From Octopus sinensis (taxonomy: Eukaryota), in the NCBI RefSeq assembly GCF_006345805.1, contig NC_043013.1, positions 27,652,001-27,716,000 of the forward strand: a stretch of DNA of 64,000 bases, read 5' to 3'. Numbering within the stretch: position 1 is the stretch's first letter; the number at the start of each line of letters is the position of its first letter. Under the pieces are notes generated by a model, which worked only from the letters and a program-made list of their open reading frames with translations, was not told where the DNA came from and made no database searches. Position numbers and translations under genes: made by a program. Below, piece by piece: positions 37,411 to 49,400 of this stretch.

Positions 37411-39174
37411 GTAAGTAATCCTGTAAATGTGAACTTTTATTAGTTTGTTTATAATTGATTTCTAGCATTGATACAATGTCATGCATTTTAGAAGAAGGTA
37501 TAGGCGTTTTAATTGATTTTGGTACTTGACTGGTATTTTATTTTATCGACCTTGCAATGTTTATGTTTTTGAAACAAAATTAATCTTCATTTGGCTTTGC
37601 AGAATTGTAAAAATATTGATTTGTTCTTTATATAAATGTGTGTGTGTGTGTGTAAAACTTAAAAAGTATTCAATTAGTAACATTTGCATCATAATCCCTG
37701 CATTATCTCATAGCTTTAAGATTTTGATGATGTGGTTGTTTAATTTTAGAATGACATTATAAAGTAGGTATAAAAGGCTGGGTCTGGCTGGTTTGAAAAT
37801 AAAACAGGTAGAATATATGGGCCTTATGTGGCCAGTTTAAATGCTTAAAAGGTTAAAAGAGCCAAGTTGCCTAATAGAGAAAATATATGTAAAAAAAAAA
37901 TAGCTTTGAAAAGAATGTCAATAATGATTGATTTTCTTAAAAAAGCAAATTTTAGGTCGTAATGACTTTTATTGATTTATTTGATGAAGAAGCATTTTAA
38001 GAAACATTGAGTGAATAAGCAATGATCCAAATAAAACTACAGCCTACTATTGTTGATTCTATTGTATGTTCATTCAATCAAAATGTATCTTCATCTTCAT
38101 CATTGAAGGATCATGTTCCATGTTGGCATGGGTTGGATGGTTTGACAGGATTCAATGGGTTCAAGGGCCATATTGTGCTCCAGTGTCTGCTTTGGCATTC
38201 TTTCTATGGCTGAATGCCCTTCCTGACACCAACCACTTTACAGCTTGTACTGGGTGCTTTTTTTGGACTACCAACACTTAGTGTGGTCACTATATAGCTT
38301 GCAAGACCATGAACCCCAAGGGAGAGGAGATTGACTTTATACTAGAGGGTGAGGGGTTAAATCATGAGAGAAGGTTGATGCAAACACAATCCCACTTTTT
38401 GCAGGAGTGGGTTGTAGACAATTGAATCAATCTTAGCTATGCTATTGGTATTTATTTTAACAGAGGGATGAAACACAACACAGATACTATGTCTAGTGAC
38501 TTGCCACTTCTGCTAATTCACTGCCTTATTATTGAACATAATATCAAGTTTATTTTAATCTGCTCACTATTAACTTATCTCTGCTCTAAATCGCTCTATA
38601 TTAATTTTAACCCTTTAAAATTTAAACCAGCCATATCTGGTCCCTCATATCTACTTTCAATGTCATTCTAAAAAGAAACAATCATCATCATCATTGGCAT
38701 GGTTTGGATGGTTTGACTGAGAACCGGCAAGCCAGTAGGCTGCACCATGATCCAATCTGATCTGGTAAGGTTTCTACAGCTGGATGCCCTTCCTAATGCC
38801 AACCACTCTGAGCGTGTAAGTGGATGCTTTTTACGTGCCACTGGCATGGGGGCCAGTCTGGCGGCACTGGCATCGACCATGCTCGAATGGTGCTTTTTAT
38901 GTGGGGAGCCAGTCAGGCAGTACTGGCATTGACCACACTCAAATGATACTTTTTATTTGCACGGAGCCAGTGTGGCGGCACTGACATCAACCACACTCAA
39001 ATGGTGCTTTTTATCATTGAGATTGTGAAGCTATGAGAAAATGTATGATTAATTCAAAACAATGTGAAAAAACAAGTATTACATTTGACAGAGTAATTTG
39101 AATGCCAGAAGAGTTAAAATAACCATTTAAAGTTGTCTTTTAATGTCCTAATGGTTTTTGTCTTTCACTTTTAG

Positions 39175-39425
39175 GTCATTTAATACAACGGTTTAAGATC
39201 AATGAATCTGACTGGCAACGAATCAAACAGAACATAGACTCCAAATGTAGAACAGCTTTCCGTAGAAAGTCAAGAGGTTTGCCTCTTGCTGTAAAGGCTT
39301 TCCGTGGAAGAGCCCCACCAAGTTATGTTCATAACACAGGGTTTAATTTTAATTCAGTCGTGAATTCACAGAGTAATTTTTATGATTCAAATCTACATGA
39401 AGACACAAAATTTCATATACAACAG
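39175..39425 (+). CDS. BANP: BANP coding exon 11, BEN domain C-terminal part
   Basis: CHLIQRFKINESDWQRIKQNIDSKCRTAFRRKSRGLPLAVKAF, TTTTAG acceptor, GTGAG donor. Confidence 0.95.
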
Positions 39426-40158
39426 GTGAGAAGCAATGAAAATATTTCTCTCTAATTATGCACTGATGAATATAACATCAGACATTGGATGCCTTTTTTT
39501 TTTAAAATTTTTTTTATATATATTTTTTCTGTTCGCTTTCAGCCAGTTGATTAGGTTTACAAAAATTTAGAAACACTTGTGTTGTTTATACATTTTCCCG
39601 ATACACTGTTAATGTAAGTTAAGTTGAATAGCTATATCTAGGATCAAACTTGATTGGAGACTCAACTTTCTGGGAAATTTTTCTTCATCCTGTAGTGTTT
39701 GTGAATATTGTAAAAATATAAAAGGAAAATAATCACCACAAACTCTCAAACATACAAAATACATAACACATTTGTGCAGACATACAATTTCTTTCATATA
39801 TTTGTGGCCATATCTTTTATCTTTTACTTGTTTCAGTCATTAGACTGTGGCCATGCTGGGGCACCGCCTTGAAGAATTTTAGTTGAACATATCAACCTCT
39901 GTACTTATTTTTTTGTAAAGCCTGGTATTTATTCTTTTGGTCTCTTTTGCTGAACCACTATGTTACAGTGACATAAACACATCAACATCGGTGGTGGGAA
40001 ACAAACGCACACATAGTAATTAATAATGCAAAACATTTAAATATTCATCACATAGCTAGGAAAAAAAAAAGGCATTATCACCATCATCATCATTTTTGCC
40101 ATTTATTAATTTGTGAGTCAAACCATGTTGAATTTATCTATTTCTTATTATTTTGCAG

Positions 40159-40311
40159 CAGAGTGAACTAGATATTCAGCAAGCTGTTACAATGCAAGGT
40201 GAAGCCTTACAGCAAGGGGAGATTCAAATCCTGCATGCTACACCAGAACAGATATCACAGCTACAACATGCACAACACATTCAAATTTTACAAGGTGATC
40301 AAGTCATACAG
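40159..40311 (+). CDS. BANP: BANP coding exon 12, Gln-rich
   Basis: QSELDIQQAV..QGDQVIQ, CAGCAG acceptor, GTAAGA donor, phase 0/0. Confidence 0.85.
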
Positions 40312-41666
40312 GTAAGACATTCATTTGTAAGGTGCTATACAAATATATTTTTATGTTTGTGCTACATTCCAGATAATGGCTCGTTTTACTTTCCCTCTTG
40401 GCTTTTTTCTAAACTAAAATTAGGCCTCATAAGATAAACCACTTTTTCATGACACCAGCACCTGTGAGATTGCCAAGTGTCTCGCAAGACTAAGGGAAGA
40501 AATCCTTGACTGAGTTGGGTTGTAACAGAGAGGGAGTTGTGAGGGCAGAGTATGATAGATGGACGGCCACATGCATCTTATTGTAGAGAAAATACTTAAC
40601 CACCCTATATTTAGAGGGACAGACACTATAGAGAACATACATGGCTACCATATATTATATAAGGATGGGAAGGAGTGAGTGGAAAGCAGACAAAGATGAT
40701 TGTAATGAGGTGTTAGAGCATACTTTCAAGATACAAGAAGGATTGGGATTATGGGGTGGATAAGGTCATAAGAGTGTAAGAGGGGAGTGACAGATGGTTT
40801 AGAGAGAGGTGAATGGAACATTGCTGGAGATGTGGTTGATGGTTATAATTAGTCCACATTACTCTGTAAGGGAGAATAGGGTCAGTTTCCTGGTTTATCT
40901 GGCATATATGTTCCTCCCTGGATGGGACACTGCTCTGTCGCAGGATTTTTTTGTTGGAGGATTTTTGCCAGCTGAGTGGACTGGAGCAATGTGAAATGAA
41001 GTGTTTTGTTCAAGAATACAATGCACCACCTGGTCCAGGAATTGAAACCACAATCTTATGATCATGAGTCCAACACCCTAACCATTAAGCCATGCACCTT
41101 CACTATTACTGGAGGTGTGGTGGATGGTAAATATCAATATAGTAGGTAAGGTGAAAGACATAGGAGTGACTCAAAGGAGGAACAGTACAGGAAGGGCAGA
41201 TAGCAGTAGTGTAATAGATTGCAATAAACTTGTAGATGGAGATCAGTAAACAGGGAAATGATATGCAGATGGGAGAAGCAGGGAGGTGTACCATGACAAA
41301 TAGATGTCAGAGCTAAGTTGGAGTATATCACTGGTGGAAATGGTTACTGCTATTTTCAGAAGTCAGGTACCTACCATTGACAAGGCCAGTCCAGTAGTCC
41401 TGGCAGCAGAAATGGTGGTCATCGTCTCCTGCTAGCAGCATAAACAAGAAATGCTTATGTGCATGACAAAACCATATGAGAGATTCTCTCATGGTAAAAA
41501 TTGCAGTATTGTGTATTCTAACACAACATTCACTTTTAAGTGGGGATAAATATTACATTTTCGTATTAATACTGCTTCTGTTACCATTATTACACGCACA
41601 CACATACATGCATGTGTAAGTGTGTGTGTGTGTATATATATATATAAATGATGATGATGATGATGA

Positions 41667-41719
<53 letters not shown>

Positions 41720-41750
41720 GGAATAATTACAATGAAGCATTGTGTAGAAT

Positions 41751-42017
41751 ATATTGTATAAAGAATAATGGGTAAGGCCAGAACAATGCAAAATAAATGC
41801 AAGGCAGGTCACAAGAAAACAAATATATGAATAAATGTAGACTTACCTTGCATTTAATATTTCGGGGTTATGACCCCATTTTCAAGAAATTAATGAATGT
41901 TGCCGAAATATTAAATGCAAGGTAAATCTGCATTTATTCAAATATTTGTTTTCTTGTGATTTGCCTTGCATTTATTTTGCATTGTTCTGGCCTTACTCAC
42001 AATCTTTTATACAATAT
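41751..42017. repeat. Foldback inverted repeat, ~115-bp arms, 37-nt spacer
   Basis: Arm 41751-41865 is the near reverse complement of 41903-42017 (e.g. GGCCAGAACAATGCAAAATAAATGCAAGGCA / TGCCTTGCATTTATTTTGCATTGTTCTGGCC). Confidence 0.93.
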
Positions 42018-42840
42018 ATCATCATCGTTTAACGTCCGCTTTCCCTGCTAGCTTGAGTTGGACAATTTGACTGAAGACTGGCAAACCAGATGGCTGCACC
42101 AGGCTCCAATCTTGATCTGGCAGAGTTTCTACAGCTGGGATGCCCTTCCTAACACCAACCACTCCGAGAGTGTAGTGGGTGTTTTTACCTGCCACCGATA
42201 TATATATATATATAGATATATAAACAAAGCAAAAACTGGAACAAGAATGTAACAGGCAACAATAAAACATCCAGACTGTTAGACGATATAAGAAAGGACA
42301 GAAAGAAACAAGGGTGGATCATTCGAAGCCGTCTATCATCAGTCGAGTTCCAGATCATCCCTGCAGTTTTGGCTGGTTGCACTCAAGACTGCTCCAATCT
42401 GGCCAGCCCCAAGAAAATCTAAGCTAAGACCATGGGATTCTTTGAAAGAAAGCAAGCGATTGTATATGAAAAAAAGGACAAAAAAAATGGAGAAACGTTA
42501 CACAATTACATATTCAAACAACAAGACAATAACAACAGGTGTCTTTCGACTAAAGACGAATTGAATTAAGCTGGCATGTGTGGAGTGAAGACTTATGACA
42601 GAAAGATAAAAGATGAAAGTCATGGGAAGGAATATAAGAGATGCTACACGGATGGAAGTTGAACCAAAAAAGAAAGGTCAGGCTTGGTGGAACACTGGTC
42701 ATGTTGAAGGAGAGGAGAGAGGTAGGAGGCAGAGGGATTGAAGAATTACACACACATAGTGTTAAAAGCTAAATATATATTCCTGCTAATCTAAAATACC
42801 ATATATGTCTTCCGTATTCAAGAAATTGTATGTAAATATA

Positions 42841-42911
<71 letters not shown>

Positions 42912-42918
42912 ATATTTA

Positions 42919-42964
<46 letters not shown>

Positions 42965-42970
42965 CGTGTA

Positions 42971-43008
<38 letters not shown>

Positions 43009-43042
43009 AACGTATATATATATATACTGTTTCTTTTGCTAG

Positions 43043-43258
43043 CAACTTCAGAGTGCTGATAACCAAGAAGGTGTCCAAGTTGTTTCAATGGGTACTCCTG
43101 ACAGAGTTCATGTTGCCACAGTGACAACAGAAAATGGAGAGATAGTTCACATTCACCAGGCTCGTTCATTGGCAAATGTAGGTGCATCGACAGCAACAAC
43201 AGCAGCAACACCAACAATAACAACAGCAACAACGGATGGTAGCCAAACCAATGTATAG
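43043..43258 (+). CDS. BANP: BANP terminal coding exon (QLQSADNQEGVQVV..GSQTNV*)
   Basis: TTTCTTTTGCTAG acceptor, phase 0, open to TAG at 43256-43258. Its Q/V/H/T-rich composition resembles BANP C-termini. Confidence 0.75.
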   Translation, partial: QLQSADNQEGVQVVSMGTPDRVHVATVTTENGEIVHIHQARSLANVGASTATTAATPTITTATTDGSQTNV

Positions 43259-43493
43259 CAGGTATCCAAGCCTTGACGTCTACTTTTCTAGTTGTGTCTA
43301 TGGCTGACAGCTCTTCTACTTTGGTGAAATAACAAAATTACTATATATATATATATATATAAAATATACATATGTGTATAACATATACACACATATATAT
43401 AGCATATATATATAACATGTATACTCGAGTAAACACATAAATGTGAAACAAGGTGGGAAAAAATAGTTCTTGGATACCAGAAGTAGAGTGATA

Positions 43494-43528
<35 letters not shown>

Positions 43529-43678
43529 GTATATAATATACTCATGTGGATATTATATATGTGTGTGTGTGTGTATATATATGTGTGTGTATATTATATA
43601 TATATGTGTATATTTTATATATATATATATATATACACATATGCATATTATTTATATATATATATATGCATATATATG

Positions 43679-43719
<41 letters not shown>

Positions 43720-43758
43720 TATATATATATGTATGTATATTATTTATATATATATATG

Positions 43759-44032
43759 CTGTTATGTCTGGGGAGAGTCATTTTCTTTTTATGCCTTATT
43801 ATTTAACACACTCACCAGTAAAATTTCCACTTATTTCTTATTTTTATCATCCTAAAATTTTCGTTGAGTGTTGCAACCTTTTCAGTAGTTTTGAGAGTCA
43901 AAACTATTGAAAAGGTTGAAACACAACAAAAATTTTAGGACAATAAAAATAAGAAATTAGTGGAAATTTTTACCGGTGAGTGTGTTAAATAATAAGGCAC
44001 AAAAAGAAAATGACTCTCCTCAGACACAACAG
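43759..44032. repeat. Foldback palindrome, ~135-bp arms, 3-nt loop
   Basis: Centre TAGTTTTGA-GAG-TCAAAACTA (loop 43895-43897). The arms are complementary out to CTGTTATGTCTGGGGAGAGTCATTTTC / GAAAATGACTCTCCTCAGACACAACAG. Confidence 0.95.
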
Positions 44033-44120
44033 AATATGCTTTAACACACGAACTCATGTAAAGAATCTTGCAAGCCAAATCCAAAAATGAGATACATATA
44101 TATGTATATTATTTATATAT

Positions 44121-44167
<47 letters not shown>

Positions 44168-44169
44168 AT

Positions 44170-44210
<41 letters not shown>

Positions 44211-44211
44211 A

Positions 44212-44261
<50 letters not shown>

Positions 44262-44586
44262 TATATTATATACATTCATATATATTTACACATTTTTTTT
44301 TTTAAGTTTCAGCTCAGAGCTGAAACTTATATTTTTTTCTTTACTGCCCACAGGGGGCTAAACACAGAGGGGACGAACAAAGACAGACAAATGGATTACA
44401 TCGACCCCAGTGCGTAACTGATACTTATTTAATTGACCCTGAAAGGATGAAAAGCAAAGTTGACCTCAGCAGAATTTGAACTCAGAATGTAACGGCTGAC
44501 GAAATACTGCTAAGCATTTCGCCCAGCGTGCTAATGATTCTGCCAGCTTGCCGCCCTAATATATATATATATATATATATATATGC

Positions 44587-44618
<32 letters not shown>

Positions 44619-45095
44619 TTATTTATTTTCCAAAAAGTTAGAGGGAAAGAAGCTACGCTTTCTATCCAAAATTCAACTTGTCTACCTTGAATTACGAATT
44701 GCTGTGGATGAATAAAAGTAATATTCTAAAATTGTGCATATTTTTCATAAGTATGGAAATATACTGCTGAAGAGTGTAATATGCCACAAATTTAAATTAA
44801 ATTGATTTTTAAAAAATTGATTTATTTAATTTGTTCATTAAACTCGAAACATGTACAGTATTAACCACTGCAATTTTAAATAAATTTTTATTCAGCTCGC
44901 CCGCTTTACAGTTATTTCGTATCAAGGAAAATTGTTGATGTTTTTATTTGAACATCTATATTCAGCATGTATGGAAGTTAGTTTCACTGTCTTCCTCCCC
45001 CTCTCTCTGTTATGTTATATATATATATATATGACAGCATGGCCACAGTCAAATGACTGAAACAAGTAAAAGAGTATATACACACACACACACAC

Positions 45096-45140
<45 letters not shown>

Positions 45141-45772
45141 TAAAGAAATGGAAACTATTCAAAATTGTTTTTTCTACATCTTCACTTATCCAATTTTGGT
45201 AATAAATTCCACCACTCAATAACTCTAGTAATAATTTTGGTAAATAATTTCACCACAACATTTTCAAAATATGCACAAGCCTCTTCATTCCAATTGAACT
45301 GGTTTCATAATTTTGAAGAAGACTTGTTTTTAAAGAGAATGGAAATTTGTGAAGGATCTTTAAATGGGTGGCCTTTCTTAAACCAGCTGTGTTTGAAGTA
45401 TTATTCAAGAAAATTGATTCCTCCAATTATTCTTTTTTTATTCATAGAAACATGGAAATTACCCCTTTCTCTTCTTCCAACTCCTCCACCACCAAAATTT
45501 TCCCAAGTTTGGCGCTACTAATTTCACTAATTGATCTCTTAACTATAATATGAAAAATTAAATAGTAATTGAGAAAAAAATTATAGGTGGCCATTGTTTT
45601 ATTTTTTTATAAATATGTATTTTTACATTTTTTTTTTACAGCTGACAGCTAAGCTTTAAGGAAATTCTTAGAAATATTATGAGTATCTGCATGAAGGTGT
45701 GTGTATGTATGTATTGAAGGTGGTGCTCTAGCATGGCCACAGTCCAATGACTGAAGTCAGTAGAAGAAAGAA

Positions 45773-45805
<33 letters not shown>

Positions 45806-48544
45806 GCATGCATACATACATAAACACACACTTAAACATATGTGTATGTCCCTGCACATTGTAAGAGACAGCTAAAAAGCTTAGCAACAAGAAGGGCATC
45901 TAGTCATAGAATATTGCCTTGAAATGTCCCGTCCAGCCCATGCCACTGACAGTAGTAGTAGTTAGTAGTAGTAGTAGTAATAAAAATAATAATAATAATA
46001 ATAATCTTTTCTACTATAGAATCAAGGCCTGAAATTTCTTTTGGTGGGGGGATGGAGCTAGTCAATTACATCGACCCCAGTGTGTAACTAGTACTTATTT
46101 TATCGACCTCGAAAGGATGAAAGGCAAACTTGGCCTGGGCGGAGTTTGAACTCAGAAGTACAAACGAAATGCTGCTAAGCATTTTGTCCAGCTTGCTAAT
46201 GATTCTGTCAGTTCACTGCCTTATAATAATAATAATATAATAATAATAATATGAATTTAAAATTGCTCAACTTTATAGGCCTTGTACAATTTTAAATTTG
46301 TGTAACTTTAGTTTTACATATGGTAGAATTCATTTTGAAAATGAGTGAAAGAATTTATTATATTCTTAAATAGATTTACTCCTGAGAGTCTTCATTTTCA
46401 ACATGTCTGTCACCATTGTGTATATAAATCGTGAAGAAATTCCGAAGATTTAGAAATACATTTCACATTACTGATCTTCAGTTATACCTTGAATCACGAG
46501 TTATTATTTTTAATCTTTAGAACAAGGTTTAGTTAAATAAACAGAGGTTTTTATATGTCCCCATCAAATAAAGTTGAAGAAATTGTTAAATGTTTCAGAA
46601 ACTGAACAATTATAATAGGCACCTAGCACACCATGTAAAGTGGTTGGTGTTAGAATGGGTGTCCAACCACAGAAATCATCACAGAAAGGAGTGTATGTGT
46701 AGGATGTGGCACTCTGACCTAAAAGATCAATGATTCTGAATAAGAACTGAATTAGACAGTGATGACAGTTCGTCCAACCAATGCAGGGAAGTATATATAA
46801 AATGCTGTTAATGACTTTATATATCCACAAAACGTACTGTTGCCTCTAGTCATTGGACTGTGGCCATACTGGGACATCACCTCAAAGGGTTTAGCCAAAC
46901 AAATTGACCCCAGTACCTACTTTTAAGCCTACTGTTTATTCTATCAGTCTCTTTTTGCCAGAATGTTAAATTATGGGGATGTCTTCAAAAAGATCTAATA
47001 CAACTTAACATAAAAGGTTGTCTCTGTCAAGTGGCAGTGAGGAACAGACAGACACACACACACACACGATGCACTTTTTTCAGTTTCAACCTACCAAATC
47101 CACTCAGAAGGCTTTGGTTGGCATATGAGACTGATCTTGGAATGTGTTTGAGAAGCAAACTTCTTACTACACAGCAAGGTCATATGTATGTATAAAGTGT
47201 GTGTGTGTGTATATAAAACATCTCTTAGCGTGGTTTGGCTGGGAATGGATTTTATTGTCTGTTACTCTTCCTATCAGCAGCACTTATCTGTTTTTCAAGG
47301 ATGGGATTTTCATTTTATTTTGAAGGACTTCAAAAATACAGGCTTAATAATCATCATCATCATCATTTAACATCCGTCTTTCATGCTGGCATGGGTTAGA
47401 CGGTTTGACTGGAGCTGGTAAACCTGAGAGCAGCATCAGGCTCTGTTTTGGCTTGGTTTCTATGGTTGGATGCCTTTCCTAATGCCAACCACTTTACCGA
47501 GTGTGCTGGGTGTTTTTTTACGTGTCACTCATACGGCTGCCTTTTACTTGTTATCAATAACAAGAAATGTGAACACACCTCCATTTTGCTTAAACAATGA
47601 CAAGTAAACTGTCAGCATTCACTTATTCACGCATGTGCACACATGCACATCATCATCATTTTCCATCCACTTTCCATACTGGTGTGTCATCATAGTTAGA
47701 GCCTATCTGGGGGTACTGTTCATCTAGATGACTCAGAATTTCATCGCATTCATTTTTCTTTTATGGCTGTGATGCCTTTACTAACTCCAACTGCTTCACA
47801 GTGTGTGCTGGGTGATCCTTTTTTTTTTTTTCCTATGACACTGGCACTGGAGAGATAGGTCTTCAATAGGGTAAGGGGACTTTACAACCTCACATCTCTG
47901 CTTGCTTCTCAGCCTCTTTACATACAAAGTGGAAGCATGAACGATGGTGATGATTTGAATGTGTGATAAAGGGTGGAGTGATAGGAGGAGTACCCAGTAT
48001 TCTGAAATAGATGTATTCAGGGTAATGCATTGTGACTGAGATGGCAGGGAATTAACAGAAGTTTATGTTAGAGGCTCAGGAAGTATTGGAATTTAAAAAA
48101 AGCCCAGATTATATGCTGACAGATAGAGTGATATGGGGTGATGACTGAAGGTGTATCGAGATGTGTAGGAGAGAGAAGCAAGAGTATGACATTAAGAACA
48201 CCTTAATTAGGATGAGAGAGGCAGGAGAGGAAAAATTGATGGACAGTAAGAGGTAAAAAATGATGAAAGTGACTGTTTCAGGTTGATATTAAATAGCCAA
48301 AGGTCCATGCAAATCTGATGAGAATCCAATACCTCAAGATGGATAGGAGCAGGAGTGATGAGAAGGGAAGGGATTCAGTATTGAGATGAGAGAATAAAGT
48401 CAGTTAGGTCCAGTGATTTCCCTATTACACTAGAAGCTTACTATAGTTGAAAGATGGGACTTATTGCTTTCCTTAATTATGCCAACAGCATAGTACAGTG
48501 ACAGTGTGCCTGGGCCTATATGTATGTGCGTGTGTGTGTGTGTG

Positions 48545-49400
48545 TGCAGAATTGAAGTTCTTCTCACTGAGAGAATTTTGTAGGGATTGAAATACATGTT
48601 AATCTGAAGGTGCGAGGTCAGGTGAGTATGGTGGGTCTGGATCTGCAAGGAAACCTGAGGTCTAGCATTGTCTTGGATGAAGACATCACCCTTCCAATTG
48701 GCCAATTCTGGACGTTTCTCATCGATTGCCTCCTTTAATCAGTCTAATTGGGAACAATAATTATTTGAATTCAACATTTGATTTTGCAGAAAGAGCTCGT
48801 AATACACAATAACCCTTCCACTCCCACCAGATACAGAGCATCACCTTCTTCAGATATTGACTGACTTTTGCAGAGGTTAAAGATGGTTTATTTCATTTTC
48901 TCCAGGACCTTTTTTTTTGCTCTACATTATTGTAAACAATCCATTTTCATCTCCTGTAATTGTTCTTTTCAAAAAAATGTGTCTTTATTATGTTTGAGCT
49001 GAGAATTGCAAATGGAAAAGTAATCCATTAAATTATGTGGCACCCAAACAAAGCATTTCATGTATCCAAGTGAATTCACAAGTCTTGTATGAGACATGTG
49101 GAGTATCTCTGTGATGTCTAATGTCATGTGACAGGGATTATTTTTGATTAGCATTTTGATTTCGTCATCATCAATGACTGTAGTCTTGCCAGAAAGTTCA
49201 TGGTCTTCCAGATCAAACTTTTCACTCCTAAACCTAGTGAACCACTTCTAAACAGTCCTCTCAGCTTCGGCACTATCTCCATTAACTGCATATATCTTTT
49301 TTGCAGTTTGAATAGCATTTTTTCTTTTCTGAGATAAAAAAAATATCAAATGACAAAAAATGCATCTCATTTTCCTCTATTTTCACCTTTAACTTAAAAG
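48545..49400 (-). mobile_element. Degenerate mariner transposase remnant
   Basis: WVPHNL, IQDNARPQ and PYSPDLAPSD motifs on the - strand. No TIRs identified. Confidence 0.82.

Larger units (their letters stand above)
23944..43258 (+). other. BANP: BANP/SMAR1 gene model span, 13 coding exons, 1686 nt CDS, ~561 aa
   Basis: join(23944-24039,28590-28812,30263-30360,31004-31173,31352-31416,33246-33269,34242-34298,35211-35303,36597-36672,37247-37410,39175-39425,40159-40311,43043-43258). All introns are GT-AG and the phases give one open frame. Confidence 0.85.
42835..45140. repeat. Compound (TA)n/(TG)n/(CA)n microsatellite field around the last BANP exon
   Basis: Long dinucleotide runs at 42835-43026, 43340-43415, 43490-43757, 44090-44290, 44540-44620 and 45015-45137. 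Confidence 0.9.

Noticed and set aside
40480-40489. TCTCGCAAGA, one mismatch from the BANP motif TCTCGCGAGA (possible autoregulation)
   Set aside because: The central CGCG is broken and similar CAAGTA.CTTGCAAGAC text occurs in repeats elsewhere. I saw no exact motif in the candidate promoter either.
42240-42560. - strand CTGATGA plus GGCTGG/CCAGCC stem followed by AAAACTGCAG, suggesting more hammerheads
   Set aside because: Neither motif has both core boxes intact. It is probably a decayed repeat terminus, too degenerate to call.
42786-44417. Many ORF-track peptides rich in YI/CV/HT
   Set aside because: They are translations of dinucleotide microsatellites.
45160-45545. Coding-looking stretch; the - strand ends with RVIEWWNLLP
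   Set aside because: Multiple stops in all - strand frames. It may be a CR1-like 3' relic, but one motif is not enough for a call.
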